This document shows positions 1-11,700 of a DNA stretch of 64,000 nt, piece after piece. Under the pieces are notes generated by a model. That model was not told the origin of the DNA and searched no databases. It saw nothing but the letters and a program-made list of their open reading frames with translations. The stretch is from Phoronis australis (Eukaryota > Animalia > Phoronida), in NCBI GenBank assembly GCA_002633005.1, contig NMRA01000277.1, positions 478,144-542,143 of the forward strand. The letters run 5' to 3'. The position numbers were made by a program, and so were the translations under genes. How positions within the stretch are numbered: position 1 is the stretch's first letter; each line of letters opens with the position of its first letter.

Positions 1-36
1 TGTGGTATCTCATTAAGATGGTATTCGTTTTTCCAG

Positions 37-1035
37 AAATTGACCTACAATGGGATCGGAACCGAGTGGCCCTGGTTCATACTTCACCGGCAGCAGTATT
101 TGTGAAGACTGGTCCGACTGGATGACCTGTCTTCCCGATTCAACAAGTTTCAGTCCATACCCGGTACACACGACTCCATGGCGTTTTATGGCGGGTATCT
201 TTTTGCTTGTCAAACCATGAGTCTCATGATGCAACTGGTGGCCGGCATTTGTTTTCTCGACATTCGTTGTCGACACATTTCAAACAGCTTCGCGATCCAC
301 CATGGAGTGAAATATCAAGGGACTAACTTTCACAAGGTTCTGCAGACGTCGTTCGATTTCTTAAATAGAAATCCGTCAGGGGGACTATTCTGATGAGTTT
401 AAACAAGAATACATTCCAGCGTCAAACACACAGAGCTTCCAGAAATCCTTTGAGTGGTATATATCCTGCCTCCCGTTCAGTAACGCTAGGACCTCGCTAA
501 AAAGCTCGCGAGATTACGTGAGATACATATATTACCGTGCATTTGAGAACACGTGACTTTGTCCTAGCGTAGGTCCTAGCGTCTACTGAACGCACGCCTG
601 GTTTGGCTCGGATAGGTTCTGGTTAAAATCAAGTACTCCAACGCTTGGTTACGTGAGGGAAAAATTGTCATCGTCGACCGTGCAAAAATGAATTACGGTA
701 TACCTTGGTACCACTTATATGTTAAAGATGACTATAAGGTTAAGTCAATACTTCGTCGTGACATTAACAAGAAACGAAATGGTATTCTACGCCATCTCGA
801 CAAGGCTCGCGGTACAGCAGGCTACAAATTCTTCGTCACTTTTTTTAGCGGTTCCAGTGGCGGTACCTATTCATATAGTGTTGCAAAAAGAATCAATGTT
901 CACGTGTATCGCTACTCAAAGAAGCAAAGGTAATCTCACGGCCGCCTGGGAATTGTCGTCATCGACTTTCCAGGTTCTTGGATCACTTACGCAATTTTCA
1001 TGACAAACCGCGGTGCTACAAAGGATAGGCCTTAG
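37..1035 (+). pseudogene. Bacterial-type phosphatidylinositol-specific phospholipase C (PI-PLC X domain / 1-phosphatidylinositol phosphodiesterase-like) pseudogene
   Basis: Family motifs appear in order across frames: DWSDWMTCLPDS, SIPGTHDSMAFYGG (first catalytic His), CQTMSL..QLVAGICFLDIRCRH, AIHHG (second His), DFLNRNPS, TILM/FKQEY, PTLGYVREKIVI, GIPW, KDDYKV, GRLGIVVIDFPG. It is disrupted by frameshifts near 150 and 380-400, a mobile-element insert (about 466-601) and an in-frame TAA at 931-933. A possible splice acceptor (ttttccag) ends at 36. Confidence 0.85.
466..601. mobile_element. Small non-autonomous element with imperfect inverted ends, inserted in the PI-PLC pseudogene
   Basis: CGTTCAGTAACGCTAGGACCT ... 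AGGTCCTAGCGTCTACTGAACG forms an inverted pair. A second copy lies at about 43953-44120, and PI-PLC homology resumes immediately after the element. Confidence 0.75.
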
Positions 1036-1157
1036 CGATTTCCATCTGCTCAGACATGTTTACTTGCAGTATTTCAGGACGAGACGGGACATCTATGATA
1101 GAAGTCACAATGAGCTACTTCGGGATTAAATGGTTTACTTTTTCAATTCGGTTGTGC

Positions 1158-1308
1158 CTTAGGCGGATCTAGGGGGGTCAAGGGGGTTCCGACCCCATTT
1201 CCCTTGAATTTAGTGATATCAAATCTAGAAATTTCAAATTGTTGACTTGGACCTCATTTTGAAAAATCCTTGATATGACCCCCTTTAAAAATGCTTGATC
1301 CGCCCTTG
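1158..1308. mobile_element. GC-rich MITE with 5-bp TSD (hAT5-like)
   Basis: Ends CTTAGGCGGATCTAGGGG ... GATCCGCCCTTG, flanked by TGTGC on both sides (1153-1157 and 1309-1313). Confidence 0.75.
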
Positions 1309-1491
1309 TGTGCTAACGTTATCATATGGATAACAAGAACACCACCAAGGCGGTGCTAACAATCCTAGGCGTCAGCATCAGGAGAGAGGCAAGCTGGTAT
1401 TTACTCATCCCCCGTTTGGCAGTTCGTTTTGACAGCATCATCAAACCTTCTTTTATAGCAGTGCATATCTCAATTGTGAATTCACGTCTTC

Positions 1492-1929
1492 NNNNNNNNN
1501 NNNNNNNNNNNNNNNNNNNNNNNNNNNNNNNNNNNNNNNNNNNNNNNNNNNNNNNNNNNNNNNNNNNNNNNNNNNNNNNNNNNNNNNNNNNNNNNNNNNN
1601 NNNNNNNNNNNNNNNNNNNNNNNNNNNNNNNNNNNNNNNNNNNNNNNNNNNNNNNNNNNNNNNNNNNNNNNNNNNNNNNNNNNNNNNNNNNNNNNNNNNN
1701 NNNNNNNNNNNNNNNNNNNNNNNNNNNNNNNNNNNNNNNNNNNNNNNNNNNNNNNNNNNNNNNNNNNNNNNNNNNNNNNNNNNNNNNNNNNNNNNNNNNN
1801 NNNNNNNNNNNNNNNNNNNNNNNNNNNNNNNNNNNNNNNNNNNNNNNNNNNNNNNNNNNNNNNNNNNNNNNNNNNNNNNNNNNNNNNNNNNNNNNNNNNN
1901 NNNNNNNNNNNNNNNNNNNNNNNNNNNNN
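1492..1929. other. Assembly gap (N run)
   Basis: Run of N; ORFs spanning it are artefacts. Confidence 1.
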
Positions 1930-2267
1930 GCATATGTTAGTGACATCTGTTGGTTCAAAAAAGAGGCTCATGCCCGAGTACATGCCTGGGAAGAAGCATC
2001 TTTTGGAAGGGTAAACATGTCACGTTCAAAGCATCCCAGTGCCAGTAATATGCAGTCTTTGAGTACCAAAGTGGTGTCATTTTATAGCTAAAGAGTTAAT
2101 CTTTCAAAAATAATGCTTGGATTCCAGATAACTTGAACATTTACTTTTGAAATCACGTTTGAAATCACGTTAAAATGCGCTAAAACAGTTGTCCCTTCCT
2201 GGTTATCTCTTCCTGTTATGACTAAGGTAATACAACTTCGTGATTTATTACGAGTAAATGTTTTAAT

Positions 2268-2420
2268 AAAAATAATAATGGCAACGATATAATTGTTATT
2301 ATTGTTATCATTGTCATCATTGTCACCATTATCACCATTACCATCATCATCATCATCATCATTATTATTATTATCATTATTATTATTAAAAGTAGTAGTA
2401 GCAGTAGCAGTGGCAGTAGA
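2268..2420. repeat. Compound trinucleotide microsatellite (ATT/ATC/AGT-type)
   Basis: Runs of catcatcat, attattatt and gtagtagca. Confidence 0.9.
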
Positions 2421-4728
2421 AGGGTGTTCGCGCAATACGGCCGACACCAGCAGTGTGGATCTCGCTGGTCCCCTACGTGCCTAGCCAACACGCAGGTATC
2501 ACGCAGCGGCATGCGCTTTAGCATTGGTTGATGTAACCTCAGCAGTCACTGGTTAGCTTTACAGCACCGTGAAAAAATTGCGGACTGCGAACGATTTTTA
2601 GCATTGTCACGCAAGTGGCTTCGCAGCAACTATTTCGTTTCTGCGGTGATGTTTATAGCCGCGTGCTTGAAGCACGTACATGTACATGTACAATAAACAC
2701 ATATCTGGCCGATTTAACCGGTGTGTTATTCATACTGTATGAATACAAGACTCTATCGTAAAAAAGTCATCGACAGTAGAAAGATGCATTCCGAAGAGGC
2801 ACAACCTCAATTTCTAGGATTCACATTTCCAGAACATAAATTTTCTGAAGCACCGATTTGCCACAGACCTAATTTACACTTCAGTCCATCAGTCATGCCA
2901 GCATAGACTGTAGAATATCTATTTGTCGCGTAAACCGCTGCCTGTTGAGAATTAGACTAGCCAATCAAAAACGCCGGTGCAAAAAATTCCCAAGGAAAAT
3001 TAAGTGATACCTGCGTGCTGGCTTCTGAACACCTAGCGGCACGCAGGGAACCAGCGAGCAATGTGGATTAGATTGTCAGAGGACGTCAAATAATTGAAGG
3101 TCGAAATTGAGGATTTCTTTTATTTTTTTTTTCAATACAACTTTAACACTAAACTCGTACGTGAAATATACCAGAATTCACATTTACCCCCCCCCCCCTA
3201 AATTTTGAAAATTTCTTTGCGGACCCAGGCCCAACCCCCGTGAAATACTTCGACTTCAAGGAGCTAAAGGCATCCCGAACCGTTTTTTGCGCATGCCTTC
3301 GGAATCACCGAAAATTATTGAAAATACTTGAGATAAAAACATGTCAAGACCCGGTCATTAAATCATGACGAGTCTATGAAAACAGACTGCAAGTCCAAAC
3401 CTTTTGCCGTAAATGATTTTTGCCATTTATAAACAGGTCATGCAAGAAATTTACTTTTCAATGAATTCGATGCAAGTTGAATTTCAATTTTACTCTTCTC
3501 CCCCGAGCTCCATCTATTGTCAACTGAACACTGGCGGGTTTTCTTAGCCAGGTGTCTCAATAGCGTTAACATGAAAACAACACATAGCCATGAGCTACCA
3601 GGATAGCTACAGCACTCCGATGGTGACGGGCGATTTACATGTACTCCGGAACGCCTCGGGCATTGAATTCTACGAACGCAATGGAAAATACCCGCGTTCA
3701 GAGGAAGAGCGGTTACGTTCGCTAAATGTTCGCTCTGTTCAGCTTGCACTCTCTAAACACTTGCTACAAAGACCGGGAATACAGGGTAAAATAGTACTGC
3801 TTTATTGGAAAAGGCCTTACAATCACATGATTAAATAGGAATCCACTAACCTAATGAGATTCCCCAACCAATTTCTTGAGACACTCCGGAAATACACATT
3901 ACCTAGATTTCGGAACAAATTGAATGTAAAATTTAACTCAGTCTGCAGAATGGGTAACTACATGCATATCACTGAGATAAGATAAAATCTGGAATTAATT
4001 TCTCTAGTTATGGAATGGTACATCACCATTTAGTAAAATCCCATCTTAAGCCGATCAATTCAATACTACTAGGATATTGCTTAAAACATTTGAAGAAAAC
4101 ATAATACTCTAAATTTCGCGATCACAAAAGTTCGATAACTCTTTACGAGGTAAACTGCTACAGTAATCGATATCAATGAGTGACCAAAGCTTTAAGGAGT
4201 TAATGGACGGCTGTGGGAAAGGCCATCAGCTTCGAAGAACCTGGAAAAGGTAACATACTAACCGACAAGTGCGTTTATCTGTCAGAAGAACTAAATGTAC
4301 ATAAGAAAAATGTGAGTTTTGGGTGAAGTCACCAACACCGAGTCTATTCAAAACTTTTGAATATAACATGCCCGCCAGACTGTCAGAGAAGCCCAAGCTA
4401 TAGGACAACCCTAGAAACTTACAATGGCAATGCAATCTTAGAGTGAGGCAACAGTGTGTGTAGCACACGTGTTCAGTCTCTTCAAATCGATTGGTCTGGC
4501 CAACACCCAAACAATGGACATACATATACTGTTCAGTTGAACTACATATCGTACATTCTGAAGCCGCCCTTAAGCTCTCGCGAGAATCCCACAGAACACA
4601 GGTTTAATTCCTTTGATTACGAAAATTCCTGGATGGAGAAAGCTTTACATTTCAAGAATGAATAATGTAGACAAACGCTGTCTTCGTAGCCCGAAATGCA
4701 CGCAAACTTACAAGGGTTTTGAAAAGTC

Positions 4729-4846
4729 GCATGCGCAGTCTGAATAACTACACTAGATTATGCATTGCTGTCTGTAATGTGATGGGCATGCGCAGTCTTA
4801 ATAACGACACTAGATTATGCATTGCTGTCTGTAATGTGATGGGCAC
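4729..4846. repeat. Local tandem duplication, about 58-bp unit x2
   Basis: GCATGCGCAGTCT.AATAAC.ACACTAGATTATGCATTGCTGTCTGTAATGTGATGG occurs twice. Confidence 0.85.
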
Positions 4847-6547
4847 ACCCGAGCTAGTACAGATGTCACACTCGATATGTACATGTAAGTTCTATTAATA
4901 TTTTATGGATTTTATAGCTCTTCAGATGAAACGGTGAGTAGGGTTCATCATTTAGAATATAACAACTTCAGTGTCATTAATGTTTAAGGTTAAATATTAT
5001 CATGTTTAATACTTCATCACTAATGTACAGCTGTATAGTTTTCAAGAAGCATGACAATTTTTCTTAAATTTCGAAAATTGGAGAACGTTCAAAACAATAC
5101 TTTGCCGCTGCTGTTCAAATGTTTTAGTTTTATTTTTCGTTTAATTCAATTTTCAGTTTTAGTCATAACGTTGACAAAGACATGCGACTCAATGGGATTT
5201 ATTCACGTTTTGTTTCTGAAAACCACCCCACGACGTATAGTACAGTCTGCTTTTCCATATCCAGCTTATACCACAATACGTTACCACGACCCCTGTCGTG
5301 ATAAACTTCTAATGTAAGTGTAAAAATCATAGCCACTTTGTTGCTGGCCATCCAACAGAAAATGAGAAACACCTCTAGAATTTTTTCGATGGCAGTTGGC
5401 CTGGCTGTCATCTCCCACAGTAGTGATTACCACTAGGTGGAGCTGTTGAACAGAGTACCTTGTATATAGGTCTAGTAGGAAAGCGACTACAATATGTACA
5501 CAACAACCTGATGAAGTTATTTACTGGTAAGTGCAAAAAGAAATTGACAGAAACTAAAATTCTGTAAAATTACGTAAAAACAGGATTTGCTTGATGTAAA
5601 GTGACATACAGTTACGCAGGACCTTGCCCTACAGTCTACTTCATTACCCCAGTACCTACAAAAGTATAATTTGAACACAGTTTAAGAGCATCTTCTGAAA
5701 GTACAAGCAGGAAACCTGAAGAATTTGATGTTGGACTTAATAACAATTTGTCAATAATTTAGTCACCTGACCATGTTTTTCAATAAAGTATTGAAAAGAG
5801 GAAGGAACATCTTTATCAAAGCACAACTATCAATAACATGACCAAATTCTGTTTGATAAAATCGTTCAAGATTAAATAACAAAAATGCTGTTACACTTTT
5901 CTAGATTATCATTTCAGTTTCTCTTATAAAAATCATAGAAATGATATTTTTGATAACCCCTTTGCAAAAGCGACACATTTTAAAACAATTCCTTAAAACG
6001 TTTGTGAGAACAATGCATAAAGCACAGTTTACCTGAAAATTTCATATCGATGCGATCGTCCATTTCTGAGATATAATGTTACGAACTTTGCCAAACATGC
6101 CCTTTCTTTAGGGGTTCAACATAACCTAGAGACTGAAATCAGTAATTTGGTCTTACACTGTATGTAACATAAGTCCTTCTAAAAAATTATTAAATCTGAC
6201 TTTTAGCAAATATACAAAGATTGTGAGAATGTACCCGTCATTGCTAATTACTGAGACAATTTGTGTAATTATTGTTTTCTAGGGTGTGTACATCAATAAC
6301 CAAATGTCTAAACCTTGACACAGAACCTCAACTGGGATCTTAATACAAAATCCTAACCAGAGTCTTCAACAATTTAAATACAACAGACTCTAGTTGACGG
6401 AACTTTACAGTTCACTGATAAATTGTCTGGTCATCTCCAACACATCATAGAAAGCAATAAGTTTGAGTAAGTAGCAGACAACTGCTATTCAAGGAAATAA
6501 CATTTCTTATATGGGCACAACCTACGACAATATTACCAGAGCTTACA

Positions 6548-7018
6548 CATGGGCAGCGCACCGTAGGGGGCTTGGGGTGTTAAAGGCCCTCCCCCCACTT
6601 ATTTCAGTGTTGCGCTGCCCATCGGCATGGGCAGCGCACACCAAAGGGAGCTGGGGGACTACAACCCTCCCTCACACTTATTTTAGTATTGCGCTACCCA
6701 TTGGCATGGGCAGCGCACACCAAAGGGAGCTGGGGGACTATAACCCTCCCTCACATTTATTTTAGTGTTGCACTACCCATTGGCATGGGCAGCGCACACC
6801 AAAGGGAGCTGGGGGACTATAACCCTCCCTCACACTTATTTTAGTGTTGCGCTACCCGTCGGTATGGGCGGCGTACACCAAAGGGAACTGGGGGACTACA
6901 GCCCTCCCTCACACTTATTTTTAGTTTTGCGCTACCCGTTGGCATGGGCGGCGTACACAAAAGGGGGCTGGGGGCTATAGCCCCCACATACATGTATTTC
7001 AGTGCTGCACCACCCATG
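6548..7018. repeat. Minisatellite of six ~79-bp units, each a mini-MITE; whole array flanked by 5-bp TSD TTACA
   Basis: Units start at 6548, 6626, 6705, 6784, 6863 and 6943. Each begins CATGGGCAGCGCA and ends TGCGCT(G/A)CCCAT, an inverted pair. TTACA lies at 6543-6547 and 7019-7023. Confidence 0.85.
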
Positions 7019-8792
7019 TTACACAGCAGTGCATAAAAGACACTGAACGTACAGTAACACATCACAAATTTAGGACACAGGTGAAATCTTATTTTCCTCA
7101 GTTTTTAAAAAAATGATAATTACCACAAATTAAAGGCTTTATCAGTCTCGAGTCGTACACCATAGATATCATTAGCCAGTGTTTTGAGAAACTGCGAGCA
7201 CTCCCAAAATGTAACAGAAATGAAAATTGACAAATTTTGATCCTTCTTTTTGTCCAAAATTGATGAGCTATCACTGTAGTGTACGATACTGATAAATAAA
7301 ATAAAAGGTGACCTGACTGTTACGGTAGATCAACTGCAACAAGTTGTCACAACACTCCACCCACTCAGTTAGAAGTAAGCATAACAATTTTCAAGAAAAA
7401 CAAAACACTATGGAATTCTATGTCGACACATCCTAGGTCAATATTACCAAAGGTTGGCGAGCAAAATACATCAGTACAATTCAAAATCATGATAGGTCAA
7501 AAGGTGACTAGATTGCTAATGCTAATTCTGGCCAAATTCAGTTTGGTTCATCAATCTATCATCGATCAGCTGGACTTAATGCCAACTAGTAACTGATCTG
7601 GAGACTAGAGTTGCAAACTGACACATCGCGAGACATACTTCAAGTTACTTTAACACCAAGCAAACAGTCAATAGAGAGGTCGAATTTTGACAAAATTTTG
7701 CTGGTTTCAAGTGCAGACTGTTCTGAATCACTGCATGAAGTGGTGAACCATTTACAGAGAATTCAATGCATAGTAATGTCAACGCTTACATTCTGAACAG
7801 CACCCTACCGGGCCAACCGTAAACATCCACTTATGTCACACACTCGCCTGACTTTGCACACCCAACATAATTTCTGAAATTTAATTTATTTTTTCACATT
7901 AGCCTAAGGTAACTTTGAGTGCTGCCTCTTTATGGAAATGAGCTGTAAGATGGTTTCCCCCTGTAGTAAAATTTTGTTACTAAAATTCACTGCGCAGTAT
8001 AACAGATTGCTAAAATGTACATTAAACGTTTGGTACGAGAACCCAAAACCCTAAACAATTTTACTAAGATTATCTTGGAATTTTCTTCTCATATAATTCA
8101 TTATAATTCAGAAGCAACCCTTCATTAACACAAACGTCGCTGAAAACATGACTAAACTTTCTGTGGGAAAGTTTCGTAGAGTCGCCTGTAGTGTCGAAAC
8201 AATCTTCTTTCTTCAGGTGATCAGCTATGAGGCAAAACACCGTGAGACACGACAAAACACTAGCTATATTTCGAGACTACATGTCTCATCATCAGGCATC
8301 ATTACACTTGTGCAGTCTCTTATAATAATTTGTTTGTTTGTTATGTCTTTTGTTTCGACACCATGAGCAACTGTATCAAGTTTTTAAACAAAAAGTATAG
8401 TGTCGTATTTTCAACGACGTTTATGTAATTTGTTGACAAGATATATCACTTAGTCATTGATTTTTATCAACACAAATCAGAAAAAGACATCCACCGGTAG
8501 TTACCGAATTTCCCTCAACCTAGCCACATACAGGCACAGCTTGATTTTTATATACTTCACAGCATCCATTACCTCGCCAAAAGTCCGTAGCTCATGTGAG
8601 ACACTAGCTGTATGTTTTTTCCTAGTGGCAAGTCAGACTGTATCAGCATAGATCTGCTGCAGTTTCGTCTGAGACACAACTAGCAGTCCCATTGTACATG
8701 TACATGTACAGCTCCCTCTATGGTGAATCGAGCACCACCAGCACATATCCACTGTGTTATCCAATCAAATTCTTGCTAGAGCAATCACGATA

Positions 8793-11700
8793 TCATGACA
8801 AAAGCGCTGGAAGTCTCGCCGACACAATCTCAGTCCGTCGGCGCGCCACCGCCATGATGTCATCTGACATTTGCTCCACCACCGTATACCTGACATGTTG
8901 AAAGCTGAAGATGTCCTGCAGGAAACCTAACACTTGATCCTGAAATGGGCAAAAATGGAAGTGCAAACATGGTGGCCAAGGAAAGGATCATGTAAAACAC
9001 GAGATAGAATACGAATACTTTGAAAAATTGGCATTGAGTGAGAACAAATTTGTCGTTATTGCAAACCCCTTTATTCCTGATATACAGCATTTAGTCATTC
9101 TGTTCAATTCCCCCCCCCCACATCCCCCGCTCCCCTTTACCAAGATGGCCAACACCTATTTCACAAATGAGAAATTTAAGAAAAATAAAGGGAAATTGAC
9201 AAGAGGAAAAAACATTTAAGAAAATGATTATAAAATCAGCAGGGAATATTTTCTTCTGAATTATAAAGAGAAAACACTGAATCAATATATGTGAATTACT
9301 TCAAAATAAACGTGAATGTCTGCAAAGAAAGCCAAATTCAATCACACGTACATGACTTTCTATAACCAGGTTACACAATAATTTCTTTACTAGGGACTCC
9401 TTCAATTGAGCACAAAACATTATTTTCAAAATGCCAAAGCACAACATCCTACTTCACCCACCTTGAAAAACATACAGAGAGTCTTGAGGTCACTATCTGG
9501 GCCAAGAAATCCCCAGGCCAGCACAGGGGTCACATGTTCCGAGACCGCATAGAAGTGGGCGTTGAAGCCCTCCTGCCATTTTAGCATGCGACGCTTGGCC
9601 TTTAGTACAGACCAGGCAGCCGTTGACAGAGCCTGTTGATGGTGGAACGTCACAGTATTAATATTACTTTCCGACAGNAATCAATATATGTGAATTACTT
9701 CAAAATAAACGTGACTGTCTGCAAAGAAAGTCAAATTCAATCACATGTACATGACATTCTATAACCAGGTTACACAATAATTTCTTTAGGGACCCCATCA
9801 ATTGAGCACAAAACATTATTTTCAAAATGCCAAAGCACAACATCCTACTTCACCCACCTTGAAAAACATACAGAGAGTCTTGAGGTCACTATCTGGGCCA
9901 AGAAATCCCCAGGCCAGCACAGGGGTCACATGTTCCGAGACCGCATAGAAGTGGGCGTTGAAGCCCTCCTGCCATTTTAGCATGCGACGCTTGGCCTTTA
10001 GTACAGACCAGGCAGCCGTTGACAGAGCCTGTTGATGGTGGAACGTCACAGTATTAATATTACTTTCCGACAGACACGCTCTCCTGGATCCTATGCATTA
10101 TTAATCTTAAAGATCCATGCAGCAATAATTACACGTAGGTCAGCTGAAATCCCACAATGGAAATTGAAATACAGCAAGTGGTAGAAATTATCAAATTTCC
10201 GATAGTCTCTAAATTTTGGGACTATAAATAAATTCAAGCCAAAATCGATTTTTTGACTCTGAAGATTTTGGTGTTCATCATATTTCTTAAATATGAGACA
10301 CTGTCTTTAGTGAATGTAATATCAGAACCTGAAAATAGACTTGGCAGTCCTTAACATCATAAAGATAACTGCCGAAGCAATGTTTTCACGCGTCCCCATA
10401 GTATGTACAATCGACGTGAATGTTCAGTCAAGGATAGTGATTTTTGAATTTGGAACAGCCAATTACTTATCTCTAAAATTTGGTAAAAGCTCTGACCATG
10501 AGCAAAACATTTTTCAATGTCCCAAATGGAAGAATATTTACCATGATTATACTGACAATGAACTTTCCAGCTGAATCAATAATGAAATTTCATTTGGACC
10601 ATAATGTTAGCCTGTGATATTTGGGACACTAAGTCACTAAAAACAAAAAATCAATCCACCACAAAACTACGGTTCTCAACAAAGACACTGCATAAGGCTT
10701 TAAAGCCAGCCTTTGTGGTATAGTGCTAAACAGTTTGAAGTTGGCAATTCTTTTAGCCTATTATCAAATAATTGTCTGATCATTTTACAAATCTCAAAGT
10801 AAGGAATCTGTCTGAAAAGTCTATACCCAAGCGAGACTGACATTGCTGTGGGAAAAGATTTTTTTAAAACACAGGATACATAGCGAGGAAGGATTTTAGA
10901 TACGCAATGCTTTAATCAGAGCCAACTTCTGGTGAAATCAACAAACCAGGGTTTTGTCTCCTATTAGTTACATGTATCACTACATGGAACACACGTCTGG
11001 ACATTTTGCCGGCAATCAAATAAACTGTAGTTTTCCTACACTACAATGTACATGTATGAGTCGAGTTTTTGAGAATTACACTTACCCTATAATTTACTAT
11101 AGAATGACAATTTGCAATGTAGCTTAAAACCATCAAATGAAGTGTTCATTCATATGTACAGAATCCATCTCACTTTATGGGTTGATGACAGTCTATGTAC
11201 TATGGTCCACTCACCGTTTCCTTGAACCTGTCAGATAGCCACCTATTCTGAACCACAGCCGTGACTGACGAGGGTGGGTTGGCCAGGTCATCGAAGGCGT
11301 CCATTAGAATGAAGTCAAGAACGATATCATAAAACGTTAACGCTTTCACCTGGTGAGGAAAATAATCATTAAAAGCAATTCCATTTAAGGGGGTAAAGGT
11401 AGCATTAAGTCAAATGACTTTAAGAATTTTAGAGAAAGTGAAAAATGAGGATCATGCATGTTAAGTGTAAACCCCAGGCTTATTTATTTGCGCTGCCATC
11501 TTATGTCAGTTTCAACTCACAACAGATGGCAGCACTTAGTCGTAAACTCTCGTGTATTGAAAGGTTTTTTCTTTTTGTTTAGTCTTTAGTCTCTATAAAA
11601 TCACAAGTTTAAGCAAAAGAATGTCTTCATCTCAATAACGTATTTTGCATTTTGCTTTCATTCCCAACCACAATCAACAGGGGCCCTTGATGTCTAATTC

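Noticed and set aside
1322-1983. Long ORFs spanning the N gap
   Set aside because: They are made almost entirely of X from unknown bases.
2088-2524. Poly-N/D, poly-M and poly-L ORFs
   Set aside because: They are translations of a trinucleotide microsatellite.
5430-5443. CTCF-like motif CCACTAGGTGGAGC (similar ones near 11520 and 24665)
   Set aside because: Imperfect short matches are expected by chance in 64 kb, and there is no supporting evidence.
6548-7018. CRISPR-like appearance of regularly spaced palindromic repeats
   Set aside because: The intervening sequences are near-identical rather than unique spacers, the context is eukaryotic, and there are no cas genes.
9426-10049. Genuine tandem or mutually exclusive exon pair in MIGA
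   Set aside because: The exon copies encode the same peptide and are joined by a single N, the same pattern as two other duplications; an assembly artefact is more likely.
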